32,000 nucleotides of DNA from Coprobacillaceae bacterium (lineage in GTDB: Bacteria; Bacillota_I; Bacilli_A; Erysipelotrichales; Coprobacillaceae), in contig OY776328.1 of the NCBI GenBank assembly GCA_963675515.1, forward strand, positions 1,230,001-1,262,000. The letters are read 5' to 3'. Under the pieces are notes generated by a model. That model did no database searches and was not told where the DNA came from. It was given only the letters and a program-made list of their open reading frames with translations. The first letter of the stretch is position 1. The number at the start of each line of letters is the position of its first letter. Of this stretch, positions 1 to 9,150 are shown piece by piece. Position numbers and translations under genes: made by a program.

Positions 1-2
1 AA

Positions 3-271
3 AAACCAATAGTAATTACTGAAGCTAACATAGAACCAAGTATAAATCTATTACATAAGGTATTAGTTGAGGGTGTCGACATCCCAGAGCTGAGGAAGTT
101 ATATGAAATATCGGTTGAGAGTACTTCAAAGGGATATACGGACTGGAAGTCAATTAAGTTGTATCAGGGGATATTAGAGCCATATGTTTCTGAAGATGAG
201 TTGCGAAAGATCATCTCCCCAATGTTTCTACTAAATGATTTTCGTCAGTATTTCGATCATCTTTTGCCGAA
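3..271 (+). pseudogene. 5' portion of a CDS that enters the window truncated and is disrupted by the IS3-family insertion; unknown function, contains an Rx4H (RQYFDH) motif
   Basis: Frame 3 is open from the window edge (KPIVITEANIEPS...FLLNDFRQYFDHLLP). With the IS present it ends at TAA 315-317 inside the IS end. With 272-1599 removed, the frame continues at 1600 to TGA 1748-1750. Confidence 0.5.
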
Positions 272-327
272 TGATAAAAGACAAAGTGGTACTATGTCAA
301 TATTTAGGACAAATTAAATGTAAGAAT

Positions 328-1149
328 TTAACTTGCCTTGCTTAGGTTAATGTAATTCTTTTCAAATTGATTTGGTGATAAATATCCACAGTGTGAATGT
401 ATTCGCACCGTGTTATAGAACCCTTCAATATATTCAAATATTATGCGATAAGCATGGTGATAATCTTGTATTATAAAACGATTTGTCCATTCTCGCTTGA
501 TTAGTGCGTGAAAAGATTCGATACAAGCGTTATCCCAAGGGTTACCTTTGTCGGAGTAGCTGGTAACCATATCTTCAGTCATTTCCTTGAATAGTTTCGA
601 AGTAAATTGCACACCTCGGTCAGAATGTATGACAATAGGGTCATCTGTGTTACGTCTCTGTTTGGCTTCCGCCAGGCATTTAAGCACTGCCTCGGAACTT
701 AAGGTGTCGCTCAATGTCCAGGCAATTATCCGCCTAGAATAAAGATCCATTATGCTGGTCAGGTATACAAATCCGTCATCCTGAGTCCACACATAAGTAA
801 TATCGGTACACCAGGCACCATTAGGTTTTTCGGGGTTAAAATCACGTTTAAGGATATTTCTAAGTTTATTTGAAAAGTCACAATCTTTGGTGGTCACTGT
901 ATAAGGTCGGATATAGTGGGCTCTCATGTTGTTTTCTCTCATAATATTGCCCACATATTTTTCACTGATTTTATGGCCTGATTTTCGAAGCAATTCAGTT
1001 ATTTTAGGGGCGCCGTAGATCTGCTTGGAATCGTCATGTATTTCCTTGATTTCCTTTGCTAGAATGGCTTTTCTGACCTTTTGCTTTGATGGTGTTCTTT
1101 TCAAATAATTGTAATATCCTGATTTGCTTACTCCTAGTTTGTTTAGCAC
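328..1149 (-). CDS. IS3-family transposase OrfB (DDE / rve integrase core), normally made as an OrfAB fusion
   Basis: 273 aa with WCTDITYV...HSDRGVQFTS...NACIESFH, the DDE catalytic core. The -1 frame is open from the slippery site at 1239-1245 into this ORF (KKGYWHTGEITKQEIY...VLNKLGVSKSGYYNYLKR). Confidence 0.9.
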   Translation of the reverse strand: MLNKLGVSKSGYYNYLKRTPSKQKVRKAILAKEIKEIHDDSKQIYGAPKITELLRKSGHKISEKYVGNIMRENNMRAHYIRPYTVTTKDCDFSNKLRNILKRDFNPEKPNGAWCTDITYVWTQDDGFVYLTSIMDLYSRRIIAWTLSDTLSSEAVLKCLAEAKQRRNTDDPIVIHSDRGVQFTSKLFKEMTEDMVTSYSDKGNPWDNACIESFHALIKREWTNRFIIQDYHHAYRIIFEYIEGFYNTVRIHSHCGYLSPNQFEKNYINLSKAS

Positions 1150-1214
1150 ACTGGAAACAGAAATTTTGGCTGTTTTGCCTTGTTCTTCTACTGCGGCGTA
1201 GATTTCCTGTTTTG

Positions 1215-1505
1215 TTATTTCCCCAGTATGCCAATAGCCTTTTTTAGGACATCTAGCGCATCCTTGGTATCCTTGAGTTCTTTCTTCAGTCTCGCAATTT
1301 CTTTTGCTTCATCGCTGGAAAAATTCCCGCTACCTCTTGAAGCAACAACCCCATTATTTGCACCAGCGTCTTTGAGCCATTTGTGAATCGTGGCATCCGA
1401 AATTCCAAAACGCTTGGAAACAGCTATTTTGGATTCTTCAGGGTGATCAGCAACATACTGAACAACGCCTTGTTTGAATTCATCTGTATAAATTGGTCTA
1501 CTCAT
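1215..1505 (-). CDS. IS3-family transposase OrfA (HTH DNA-binding part)
   Basis: 96 aa, MSRPIYTDEFKQGVVQYV...ISDATIHKWLK, an IS3/IS911-type OrfA with a leucine-zipper-like C-terminus. It ends just after the A6G slippery site. Confidence 0.9.
   Translation of the reverse strand: MSRPIYTDEFKQGVVQYVADHPEESKIAVSKRFGISDATIHKWLKDAGANNGVVASRGSGNFSSDEAKEIARLKKELKDTKDALDVLKKAIGILGK
1239..1245 (-). promoter_or_regulatory. Programmed -1 ribosomal frameshift heptamer A AAA AAG of the IS3 element
   Basis: The minus strand reads CTA AAA AAG GCT near the end of orfA. A6G is the canonical IS3-family slippery sequence, and the -1 frame continues into orfB. Confidence 0.75.
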
Positions 1506-1599
1506 ATCTCGATCTCCATCATAATTTTTAGTTTATGACATTCTACCACATTGATGGAAATTCTTCCATTTCACTAGTACAGTTTCTATTCTAGCATCA

Positions 1600-1750
1600 A
1601 AGTGTTAAGACGAATATATTGGAGTCGTTAGATGTAGATTCTTTTGAACAAATTAGTGAGATATATGATCTTATGTTAAAGCGGTTGGCTGTATTATATG
1701 AGTACTTAAGTATTGCTGTAGAGAAAACTAAAACTTTAGGTAAGACATGA
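1600..1750 (+). pseudogene. 3' portion of the IS-disrupted CDS
   Basis: Open frame KSVKTNILESLDVDSFEQISEIYDLMLKRLAVLYEYLSIAVEKTKTLGKT*, contiguous in phase with 3-271 when the IS is removed. Confidence 0.5.
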
Positions 1751-1833
1751 GAAAATAGGCATCAGCTCGAGAAGATTTGAGGAAGATTATGGGGTAATTA
1801 TCCTTATAAATCTTAAAGCGTGAGGCATGGAAA

Positions 1834-1855
1834 TAGTACGATAAATTTTAATTTT
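1834..1855 (+). repeat. Island repeat copy 1 (TAGTACGATAAATTTTAATTTT)
   Basis: Near-identical to the copies at 9130, 10444, 12281 and 15991. Intergenic, 164 nt upstream of the 2019 ATG. Confidence 0.9.
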
Positions 1856-2018
1856 ACTTTCAGGTTACCTAAGTACTGAATACAGCAATTACCCGAAAGA
1901 TAAGGATGTTATTTTGGCTGTTACGGAGCGTAACGGCTTCGTTATGGATCGTTTCTTGCATTCAATCAATTCCGTTGATATAGTGAAGTTGCCAATAAAA
2001 AATTAAAGGAGGCAGGAA

Positions 2019-2642
2019 ATGAGTTTTGGAGGAAAAATTAAAAAAGCAAGAATTGAAGCCGGAATGACACAGGAAGAACTTTCAGAAGTGATGATGGTAT
2101 CCCGTGCGGCAATTGCGAAATGGGAAAGTGATCGAGGAATGCCAGATGTACCCAATCTGAAAACAATTGCCGGTGTTCTGAATGTCAGCGTTGATTATCT
2201 GCTTGATGAGGAAGGAACGATAGACCTTTCCGTAACCAGGAAACCAATTGATTTAGGTAAGTATGGTGATTCGGGAAAACTTAGCAGGCTGAAAAAAATC
2301 GAAATTAAGGAAAAGATTATCCGTGAGGAATATCCTGAAGCTGAAATTGTCCGGCTCACCGTAACCAAAATTGAAAATACAAAAGGTGAGAAGATTGCTG
2401 ATGGCTTGGTTGGTTCGCTGGCTCTGGCTCTGGGAGGAATACCACTGTTCGGAACGCAGGAATTTGGTAAAACGATTGGTTCCCTTGATCAGCAGTATTA
2501 TCTGGTTAATTACGGAGACAGACAGAAATTTGTTTTGATTACGGATGAACACCTCATTGCAAGAGAGATGAACAGTACAATCACGGATAAGAAATTTCGC
2601 GTCGGGGACAAAGAATTTTTGACGGTAGGTTTAGTGGATTAA
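2019..2642 (+). CDS. XRE-family helix-turn-helix transcriptional regulator with an uncharacterised C-terminal domain
   Basis: The N-terminus (GKIKKARIEAGMTQEELSEVMMVSRAAIAKWESDRGMPDVPNLKTIAGVLNVSVDYLL) is a typical Cro/C1 HTH. RBS AAAGGAGG lies upstream. Confidence 0.85.
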   Translation: MSFGGKIKKARIEAGMTQEELSEVMMVSRAAIAKWESDRGMPDVPNLKTIAGVLNVSVDYLLDEEGTIDLSVTRKPIDLGKYGDSGKLSRLKKIEIKEKIIREEYPEAEIVRLTVTKIENTKGEKIADGLVGSLALALGGIPLFGTQEFGKTIGSLDQQYYLVNYGDRQKFVLITDEHLIAREMNSTITDKKFRVGDKEFLTVGLVD

Positions 2643-2666
2643 ATAGGAATTTTAAAGGGGACTGTT

Positions 2667-2822
2667 ATGAAAAAAATTTCATTACTATTTAGCATTGTTT
2701 TTTCAATTATGACGTTTATTGGTGTAGGATCCGTTTTTATCAGTAATGTAAGCGCTGGATATGCTGTTATCCCTATGATTTTTGCACTAGTCTGTATAAA
2801 TTCATATCGTAATAGTCAATAA
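2667..2822 (+). CDS. Small hydrophobic protein (51 aa, two predicted membrane spans); not in the ORF track
   Basis: ATG 2667 is preceded by AAAGGGG. Product MKKISLLFSIVFSIMTFIGVGSVFISNVSAGYAVIPMIFALVCINSYRNSQ*. It lies 25 nt after the XRE gene. Confidence 0.55.
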   Translation: MKKISLLFSIVFSIMTFIGVGSVFISNVSAGYAVIPMIFALVCINSYRNSQ

Positions 2823-2847
2823 GTGTTAAGAAGATAAATTTTAATTT
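2822..2847 (+). repeat. Island repeat copy split by a 7-nt insertion (AGTG-ttaagaa-GATAAATTTTAATTT)
   Basis: The 15-nt core GATAAATTTTAATTT is identical to the consensus, and AGTG is present 7 nt upstream. It lies about 150 nt upstream of the STAND gene start. Confidence 0.7.
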
Positions 2848-2996
2848 GTGGCTAAGATAAATAGTTTAAGACCTTTTTGCAATAATGTGCAAAAAATATG
2901 ATCTATTGTTTGGGTCTTAACGAAGAATTGAATAATTATAAATAATGTTATATAAGTCTAGTTTCGTTTTTTACGAATATGAAAGGAGGAGATCGT

Positions 2997-5900
2997 ATGG
3001 GGCTATCAGATGCACATAAGGGGTATGAATACCAAGACTTACTAACCTCATATTTTATTATTGATGATCTTCTCAAATGCAATTCTTCAGAGTTTAAGGT
3101 TGATGTCAAGGAATACAATGATGATAAATTTGACGATCTTACCGTGATAAATAAAAACGGGGTAGTCAAACGACAGATCAAGTATAGTGATAATAAAACG
3201 GTAGCAAAAGATGACTTCTCATCAACAGATTATGACCTTGCACTAGATGTGTTATACAATTCGTGGGAAAAAGCAAAATTGGAACATGAAAGAGATGTAT
3301 CAATAAAAATACTTCTTGCATGGGATTACAATGATGATATTGATTTTTTAGAAGACCTTGGAACAAGCGATGATTTTACTTCCCCAAACGTGAAACAATA
3401 CATGATTAATATTGATAAAATATGGTTTGTGGATGAAGAAAGGCCCATAAGTTCTTGGAGACGGTTAAGAAAAAATGTGGAAAATATATCCAGGGAAAAG
3501 TTTAAAGAATTTCTCCAAGACTTGAAAGTAGAGCTATGTTTACCAAAAGCAAGTTTGGATATTGTAAATCAAGGTGAAATGGAAAGGATTACGGTTGAGT
3601 GTCTAAAGGATTTTGGTGTAGGTACGTATCCGAACAATGAAATATCCCCAGAAGGCGTCCTTCTGAAGTTGATGAACATAGTTAAGAATGCAAGGGCTAA
3701 CCAGAGAATACTAAAAACGGAACAAGTAGTTAGTAGCTTAGGGTTAGTTGTTGGCTATGGAAACATAGAGCAGCTATTTCCTATTGATTCAAGCTGTAAC
3801 ATTTATGACGAAAATATTTTTGATGATTTTTACTCAAATATTCGCGATAACAACAAGACTATATTAATTGGTGAGCCGGGATCAGGGAAATCTTGGTTTG
3901 TTACTAATTTTATCGAATATTTAAAATCAAAAAATATTCTATTTGCTAGGCATTATTGCTATACAAGTTTGGATGATATATTTTATTCTGGTAGAATCAC
4001 GTCCAATATTTTTATGGCAAATTTGATTAACGATATTATACTCGTCTGCCCTGAATTAAAGGACGTAAAGACATCGAGGTTTGGTGTTGACGAAAAGGAA
4101 CTTCAATCACTTATTGATGGAATTGATAAAGAGGTTATTTTGATAATAGACGGGCTTGATCATATCGAGCGAATCAAGTCATTAAATGAATCGGATGTGG
4201 TGGCAAATAAGACTGATATCATAGAGATAATAAAAAGAATAAATGTACCTTCAAAAGTGAAAATTGTTGTTGTATCACAGCCAGTTTCAGAAGTTTTAGA
4301 ATTGCGTAAGCATAATTATAAGCTCACTGAAATTGAAAACTGGGATGAGAAAATAATTGGTAAATACCTCGATAGTAGAAGTATAAGTGCTAATGTGGAA
4401 GTAAATGAAGTGTCATTAAGTAGTTATTTGTTTTCTAAGAGCAACGGGAATCCTTTGTACGTTGCATACTTGGTCAATGAGCTTTCAAAGTCGAGTGCTT
4501 TAGATTCATATGTGGATATCCTTGATTCAATTCCTAATTATAATGCTGGTTTAAAGGGTTACTATAACTATTTGTTGGAACAGATTGATGAAGATCATAA
4601 AGTCGTATATGCATTATCGGGAGCATCTTTTTATTTGAATATTGAAGAACTGATGGTGATAACAGGTTCATCGTATTATTATGTCGAAAAGAGGATAAAG
4701 ATACTTAGAAGCATACTTAGGCTTAGTACCGTAAACGGTGGATTCATCATTTATCATGAAAGTTTCCGACGATATATTCTAGAATTACTAAATTATAATG
4801 GACTGCCAATATTTGACAACGTATATAAAGACCTTATCGTGTGGCTTCAAGATACAGGTGTGTATAATAATATAAAGGCCTACAACAATTTGTTCCGACT
4901 GCTATACGAATCATGTCAGTATGACAGTCTATTGGAATATGCCAACATTGAGTTTTTAAGCGAAAGTTTATTTAGAGGATATGCTTTTGATGTAATAAAG
5001 AAAAATTCAGATTATATTGTGAAAGCTGCGACAAAGAAAAAGTCATTTTCTAAATTAGTAGAGCTTTCAGAGTTGTCCAATATTGTATTGAATGCAGAGT
5101 TTGACTTTGAGATATACGAGGAAAAGTTTTCAACGTGCATTGGTCAGCTACATGGTTTTCAGTGGTTAAGTGAAATGCTTATCTACGAAGGAAAAATGAG
5201 TATGTCCTTAGAGGAAGGACTAAGGGTTTGCTATTCCTGTTCACGTAATTCTGTCACTCCACCATGGAAAAATTATATACATGGTATGCTTGAGAGGAAT
5301 AAAACCTCAGATAATCACCACTATGATGAAATAAAAGAGCATCTAAGATATTATGTAGCATCCGCCATTGATATGGATAACAACCAGAATAGTGTTGTTC
5401 GTTATGTAACAGATAGTGGATACATAGAATACATGAAAATTGTAATGAACGAGTATGTCCATCGAGGCAGACTAGAGGAACTCCTTTCACTTCTTACAGA
5501 AATGGAATTAACTGATCAATGGAGTGGGGTTCTAGAGGGCAATGATAATGAGGGATTAAACGAAGAGTATATAAAAGATGTTTTAAAAACAATTAAAACT
5601 GCTGATAGTATTTATGGTGATACAGAAAGTAAAGTTAAATACTTGATTGCAAATGCTAATAAGATCTATGAAGCATATTCTTTTGATGTAGATGCACTGG
5701 TTGAAGAAATTACTAATTTAAGTTGGTTCCACAACTGGATAGTCTTTGTTTTTCAAAGTTGTGTGCTCGAGAAAAAAAGCAAAATCAAGGGTGATGATTT
5801 AGTAGAACTTTACTCGAATCTAAATCGAGTAACAGCGGTAGCTAACCATAGTATACGTACCATGGATTTATATGGACTAAGACAAGAAATTTATGATACT

Positions 5901-8801
5901 ATTCGAAAACCATTGAGAAATATCATTTTATACAAGTCAGAATGGGAGAAAATTCTTAATATAATTGTTGAATCTTCAAGTAACACAATGGTAACTTTTC
6001 AAAATGCAATGATGGGCCCACTAACGACTGACATGTTATTTAAACTGTTCATAGAAATATCCAATGATGAAAACTTCGACTGTGTGCTAAAGCAATTTGG
6101 TGAGGTGACTGAAGAACAGAAGGCGAGAAGAGTACATGTGGACTTAGCCGATTATTATATGCAAAAGTCTATTTTTCTACATAAGAATGGAAAAGAACAA
6201 CAAGGAATCTGTGAGTTTCGTAATGCTATACAAATGATAATGTCATACGGCCAACATAAAGATAGAACACTTAGTAGGTTAATTGATACAGTTGAAGATA
6301 TTTATGGCATTGATTCAGAAAAAGGTAGAAAGTGTATAAAGCAATTAGGTGCAATGTCCATAGCGGTAACAAGACAAACCGATGGAAAAGAAACAAGTGA
6401 TTATGAGAATGAGTGGTCACAGTTGTTGTGCAAATATGAACCAGAATTGGCATTGAAGAAATTCATTGTTGATTCTGAGATTTATAAACGTTCTTGGATT
6501 TGTGAGAACACACTTAAGAATATACTTACTAATTGTTTCACGCCAAATTACTCAAGAATTGTAAATGCATTGTTTAAGTCCATGCCTAATAAAAGCAATA
6601 GTAATTTTATACAGGCTTATCTAAATAATATTGCTTTGATAGACAAGGAAGAAGAGGTGCTTATGGCAAGGACTTCCGTTATTGATTTGATAAGCAAGTT
6701 TAAATATAACGATTATGCATACGAAATAGAAGAACAATTTATGGAAGCTATAGAATGTTTGTGTGAAAAGTATGATATTGATTGTAATTTGGTTGAAGCG
6801 AAATGTTATCCGGTCGCATCTCATTTTCCTGAAGATAATCGCACCGAAATAATAGAAATGTTTGACGGTAAAGGTATAGATGCGAATAACATATTTGAAG
6901 TCTTGGAATTTATGAAATCATTTGGATATTCTGAAGAGGTTAATAGTGTTATTAAGTCATATCTCGTAAAGACGGAAGAGTTGTCGCAAGAGGTTGTATT
7001 AGTTATTAATCAACTTGTTGATTTTGCTTTTGAAAGTCCGGTATCTAGAAAGTATTCAAACATTCAAGAGAAAGTAATTTGTCTAGGGGAAATTGATGAA
7101 ATTATAGATAGTGTAAGAGCATATCTCAATTTACGAATCTATCTTAGCCATAAGGATGGTTGGTATCGTAAATATGGTAATTATGAGTTTTTCAGGAAGG
7201 CGTACGCTCTAGATAAAAGGTTGGCTATTGATTCTTACTTTAAGTATTTCGAGAACATGTATAAGCCTTTTGAAGGCGTTAACGCTCTATCAGATAACAT
7301 AATAAAAATGCTTTCAGACCTTGATGATTGGCATGGAGAAGCGCTATCTTCATGGGATCTAGTTTATGAAATTATTAATTTTAGATTGAGCTGTAGAGCA
7401 GAAATCGATTGGGGAAAAATTGAAAAGGAATTTGAAGGATACTGTACAGGTGAGTTGTTATATCAAGTGTTATTAACGAGATTGAGATATGGAACAGCAG
7501 ATATACACAGGTCGGTTATTGCCTCTCTTGGAGTATTACTTTCGAAAGATGTGGACCGTAGTATGTTTATAAGACCATTTAAGCGGGTTTTGGTGAATCA
7601 TTCTAAATACATTAATCTGAGCATTGTTATGCTGATTCAGTTGGTTGAAGAAATGTATCCCCATGAAGAAAGGGAGGAATGTCAGCTAGTAGATCTTGAT
7701 GATTACATTTGCATCAATGCAAATGTAAACGAAGGATTCTTATTAAAGTACTTGTTGAATAGCGAGATGGAGGAAATATTGAAACCAAATTTGCAGCCTA
7801 CAGACCAAGTATTCAATGATTTAATTCTTCATGACTTCAAAAATATAGACCAAAGATACAAGTCGCTTGAAGATCGTGGTGTATCGGTTGATGATTATAT
7901 TCTGGGATTTTTCAGTGAAATTTACAGTGAAAGCAACGCGGAAAGTTTAACTGAAACATATTTGGACAAAGTATCTAGTCTATTGATGGATAATATCCAG
8001 ATTCATAGTGATTACCTAAGGGCTATTGGGAATGCCGCTATAAATTATTTATGTAGTGGAAAAGAAAGTGGGAGCGTATTTGCAAAGTTACAAAATCTTG
8101 AAGATAAAGATTATTTTTACCACAGTATTAGAGAAGATGTATTAATGCTAAATGCAATTAATAATTCGGCAATAGCAAGGCCCAATGTAATACCTCGCCC
8201 GACAGCTGTAACGAATGGCATGTCAAATGTGGATAAAGGGGATTGGATTAGGTTAGCATATATTGAGCGAGAATATTTGTATTCGGAAGATTTATGGCGA
8301 GTAAAACGAATTGGTGATAACTGCAAGATTTATCAGACTTGCTCTGCTGTGGGTTTCGGGAAGAGCAACAAGTTGCCTTTATATCATAATTCCTATAGAG
8401 GTTCAGTCCTTGATCATATCTATCCTAAATACATGTGTAATAGAATGGGACTTAAGGATAGAGAAATAGTTACTTTTACGAATGCAATAATGGGATACAA
8501 CCAATTTTTGACATATTATCGATATGATTATGTAGCGCTTACTATTGAAGTTCTAAGTCTATTAGAAATTACAATGAGAAGTACTAAGACAGGTTTGATT
8601 GGAATGGATTCAACAGGTAAATGCGTTCTCAAGTATCAAAATTGGTGTACTTATAAACATTTGACTGGTGAAGAGGAAAGAACGCCTGTATTAAGAGGGA
8701 GTCAACTTCTTGTATCAAAAGAGACCTTCGATAAGTTAATTAGAGAAGTTGGACACAAGCCATATTGTCATACCAAAAGTACATTAATTTTTGGTGAATA
8801 A
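2997..8801 (+). CDS. Giant STAND (NACHT-like) P-loop NTPase with N-terminal Cap4/DUF4297-like PD-(D/E)xK nuclease domain and ~1,400-aa helical C-terminal region; Avs/bNACHT-like antiphage candidate
   Basis: The likely start is ATG 2997, 7 nt after AAAGGAGGA; the track start 2979 lies in the RBS. N-terminus: HKGYEYQD...FDDLTVINKNG.VKRQIKY (GxxYQ, D, QxK). Walker A: LIGEPGSGKSWF. Walker B: VILIIDGLDHIE, the NACHT-type hhhhDGLDE. The remainder is long and helix-rich. Confidence 0.8.
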   Translation: MGLSDAHKGYEYQDLLTSYFIIDDLLKCNSSEFKVDVKEYNDDKFDDLTVINKNGVVKRQIKYSDNKTVAKDDFSSTDYDLALDVLYNSWEKAKLEHERDVSIKILLAWDYNDDIDFLEDLGTSDDFTSPNVKQYMINIDKIWFVDEERPISSWRRLRKNVENISREKFKEFLQDLKVELCLPKASLDIVNQGEMERITVECLKDFGVGTYPNNEISPEGVLLKLMNIVKNARANQRILKTEQVVSSLGLVVGYGNIEQLFPIDSSCNIYDENIFDDFYSNIRDNNKTILIGEPGSGKSWFVTNFIEYLKSKNILFARHYCYTSLDDIFYSGRITSNIFMANLINDIILVCPELKDVKTSRFGVDEKELQSLIDGIDKEVILIIDGLDHIERIKSLNESDVVANKTDIIEIIKRINVPSKVKIVVVSQPVSEVLELRKHNYKLTEIENWDEKIIGKYLDSRSISANVEVNEVSLSSYLFSKSNGNPLYVAYLVNELSKSSALDSYVDILDSIPNYNAGLKGYYNYLLEQIDEDHKVVYALSGASFYLNIEELMVITGSSYYYVEKRIKILRSILRLSTVNGGFIIYHESFRRYILELLNYNGLPIFDNVYKDLIVWLQDTGVYNNIKAYNNLFRLLYESCQYDSLLEYANIEFLSESLFRGYAFDVIKKNSDYIVKAATKKKSFSKLVELSELSNIVLNAEFDFEIYEEKFSTCIGQLHGFQWLSEMLIYEGKMSMSLEEGLRVCYSCSRNSVTPPWKNYIHGMLERNKTSDNHHYDEIKEHLRYYVASAIDMDNNQNSVVRYVTDSGYIEYMKIVMNEYVHRGRLEELLSLLTEMELTDQWSGVLEGNDNEGLNEEYIKDVLKTIKTADSIYGDTESKVKYLIANANKIYEAYSFDVDALVEEITNLSWFHNWIVFVFQSCVLEKKSKIKGDDLVELYSNLNRVTAVANHSIRTMDLYGLRQEIYDTIRKPLRNIILYKSEWEKILNIIVESSSNTMVTFQNAMMGPLTTDMLFKLFIEISNDENFDCVLKQFGEVTEEQKARRVHVDLADYYMQKSIFLHKNGKEQQGICEFRNAIQMIMSYGQHKDRTLSRLIDTVEDIYGIDSEKGRKCIKQLGAMSIAVTRQTDGKETSDYENEWSQLLCKYEPELALKKFIVDSEIYKRSWICENTLKNILTNCFTPNYSRIVNALFKSMPNKSNSNFIQAYLNNIALIDKEEEVLMARTSVIDLISKFKYNDYAYEIEEQFMEAIECLCEKYDIDCNLVEAKCYPVASHFPEDNRTEIIEMFDGKGIDANNIFEVLEFMKSFGYSEEVNSVIKSYLVKTEELSQEVVLVINQLVDFAFESPVSRKYSNIQEKVICLGEIDEIIDSVRAYLNLRIYLSHKDGWYRKYGNYEFFRKAYALDKRLAIDSYFKYFENMYKPFEGVNALSDNIIKMLSDLDDWHGEALSSWDLVYEIINFRLSCRAEIDWGKIEKEFEGYCTGELLYQVLLTRLRYGTADIHRSVIASLGVLLSKDVDRSMFIRPFKRVLVNHSKYINLSIVMLIQLVEEMYPHEEREECQLVDLDDYICINANVNEGFLLKYLLNSEMEEILKPNLQPTDQVFNDLILHDFKNIDQRYKSLEDRGVSVDDYILGFFSEIYSESNAESLTETYLDKVSSLLMDNIQIHSDYLRAIGNAAINYLCSGKESGSVFAKLQNLEDKDYFYHSIREDVLMLNAINNSAIARPNVIPRPTAVTNGMSNVDKGDWIRLAYIEREYLYSEDLWRVKRIGDNCKIYQTCSAVGFGKSNKLPLYHNSYRGSVLDHIYPKYMCNRMGLKDREIVTFTNAIMGYNQFLTYYRYDYVALTIEVLSLLEITMRSTKTGLIGMDSTGKCVLKYQNWCTYKHLTGEEERTPVLRGSQLLVSKETFDKLIREVGHKPYCHTKSTLIFGE

Positions 8802-8896
8802 GTCTATGTATATTGGTATAAAAACTGTTTATAACGGGTGCATGTATTGTTACACTCTTATCTTCGATTGGATGTATATTTTCATGATAATAGTTT

Positions 8897-8916
8897 GTGA
8901 CGATATGTTTTTAATT
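8897..8916 (+). repeat. Degenerate island repeat copy (GTGaCGATATgTTTTTAATT)
   Basis: Aligns to the consensus with two single-nt insertions or substitutions. It lies about 95 nt downstream of the STAND gene stop. Confidence 0.45.
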
Positions 8917-9129
8917 GTTAAGCCATAGAACGTTTACACTTTTTTACCACCAAAACGCTGGCTAACGTATCAACATAAATATGGGTTTAGGTGAGAGTGG
9001 AGAGAAAATACCCGTTATGAAAATTGACAATCAAGCTTAGTATGATACATCAGGCAAATAATTCATCTATAGGGATAGGCAAAGTTGAAATGGGCACATT
9101 TTATAAGTAAACATTGAAGCGATTTAATT

Positions 9130-9150
9130 TAGTGCGATAAATTTTAATTT
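9130..9150 (+). repeat. Island repeat copy 2 (TAGTGCGATAAATTTTAATTT), fused in frame to the hsdS remnant
   Basis: The repeat translates as SAINFNL and runs directly into LEQAASIF..., the central conserved region of HsdS. Confidence 0.9.

Larger units (their letters stand above)
272..1599 (-). mobile_element. IS3-family insertion sequence, apparently intact (orfA + orfB with -1 frameshift signal)
   Basis: Two overlapping minus-strand ORFs typical of IS3. Imperfect terminal inverted repeats start TGAT... at 272 and end ...ATCA at 1599, with a shared GTACTA core. The flanking host reading frame is restored if the element is removed. Ends are approximate and no clear target-site duplication was identified. 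Confidence 0.8.

Noticed and set aside
1034-1386. ORFs 1034-1234 (-) and 1180-1386 (+) within the IS3 element
   Set aside because: The first is the out-of-frame overlap region explained by the orfA/orfB -1 frameshift. The second is antisense to orfA and has a low-complexity product.
3178-8326. Minus-strand ORFs of 60-78 aa inside the giant STAND gene (3178-3366, 5254-5490, 6271-6453, 6621-6824, 8117-8326; 2948-3181 overlaps its 5' end)
   Set aside because: They are antisense to a long, motif-supported CDS. They have low-complexity AT-driven composition and no RBS. These are typical shadow ORFs.
8981-9129. Possible extra hsdS target-recognition-domain remnant upstream of repeat copy 2 (MGLGESGEKIPVMKIDNQA*, same frame as the hsdS remnant)
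   Set aside because: There are only about 19 codons before the first of several stops, and the similarity to HsdS TRDs (G..IPv..i.n) is too short to distinguish from chance.
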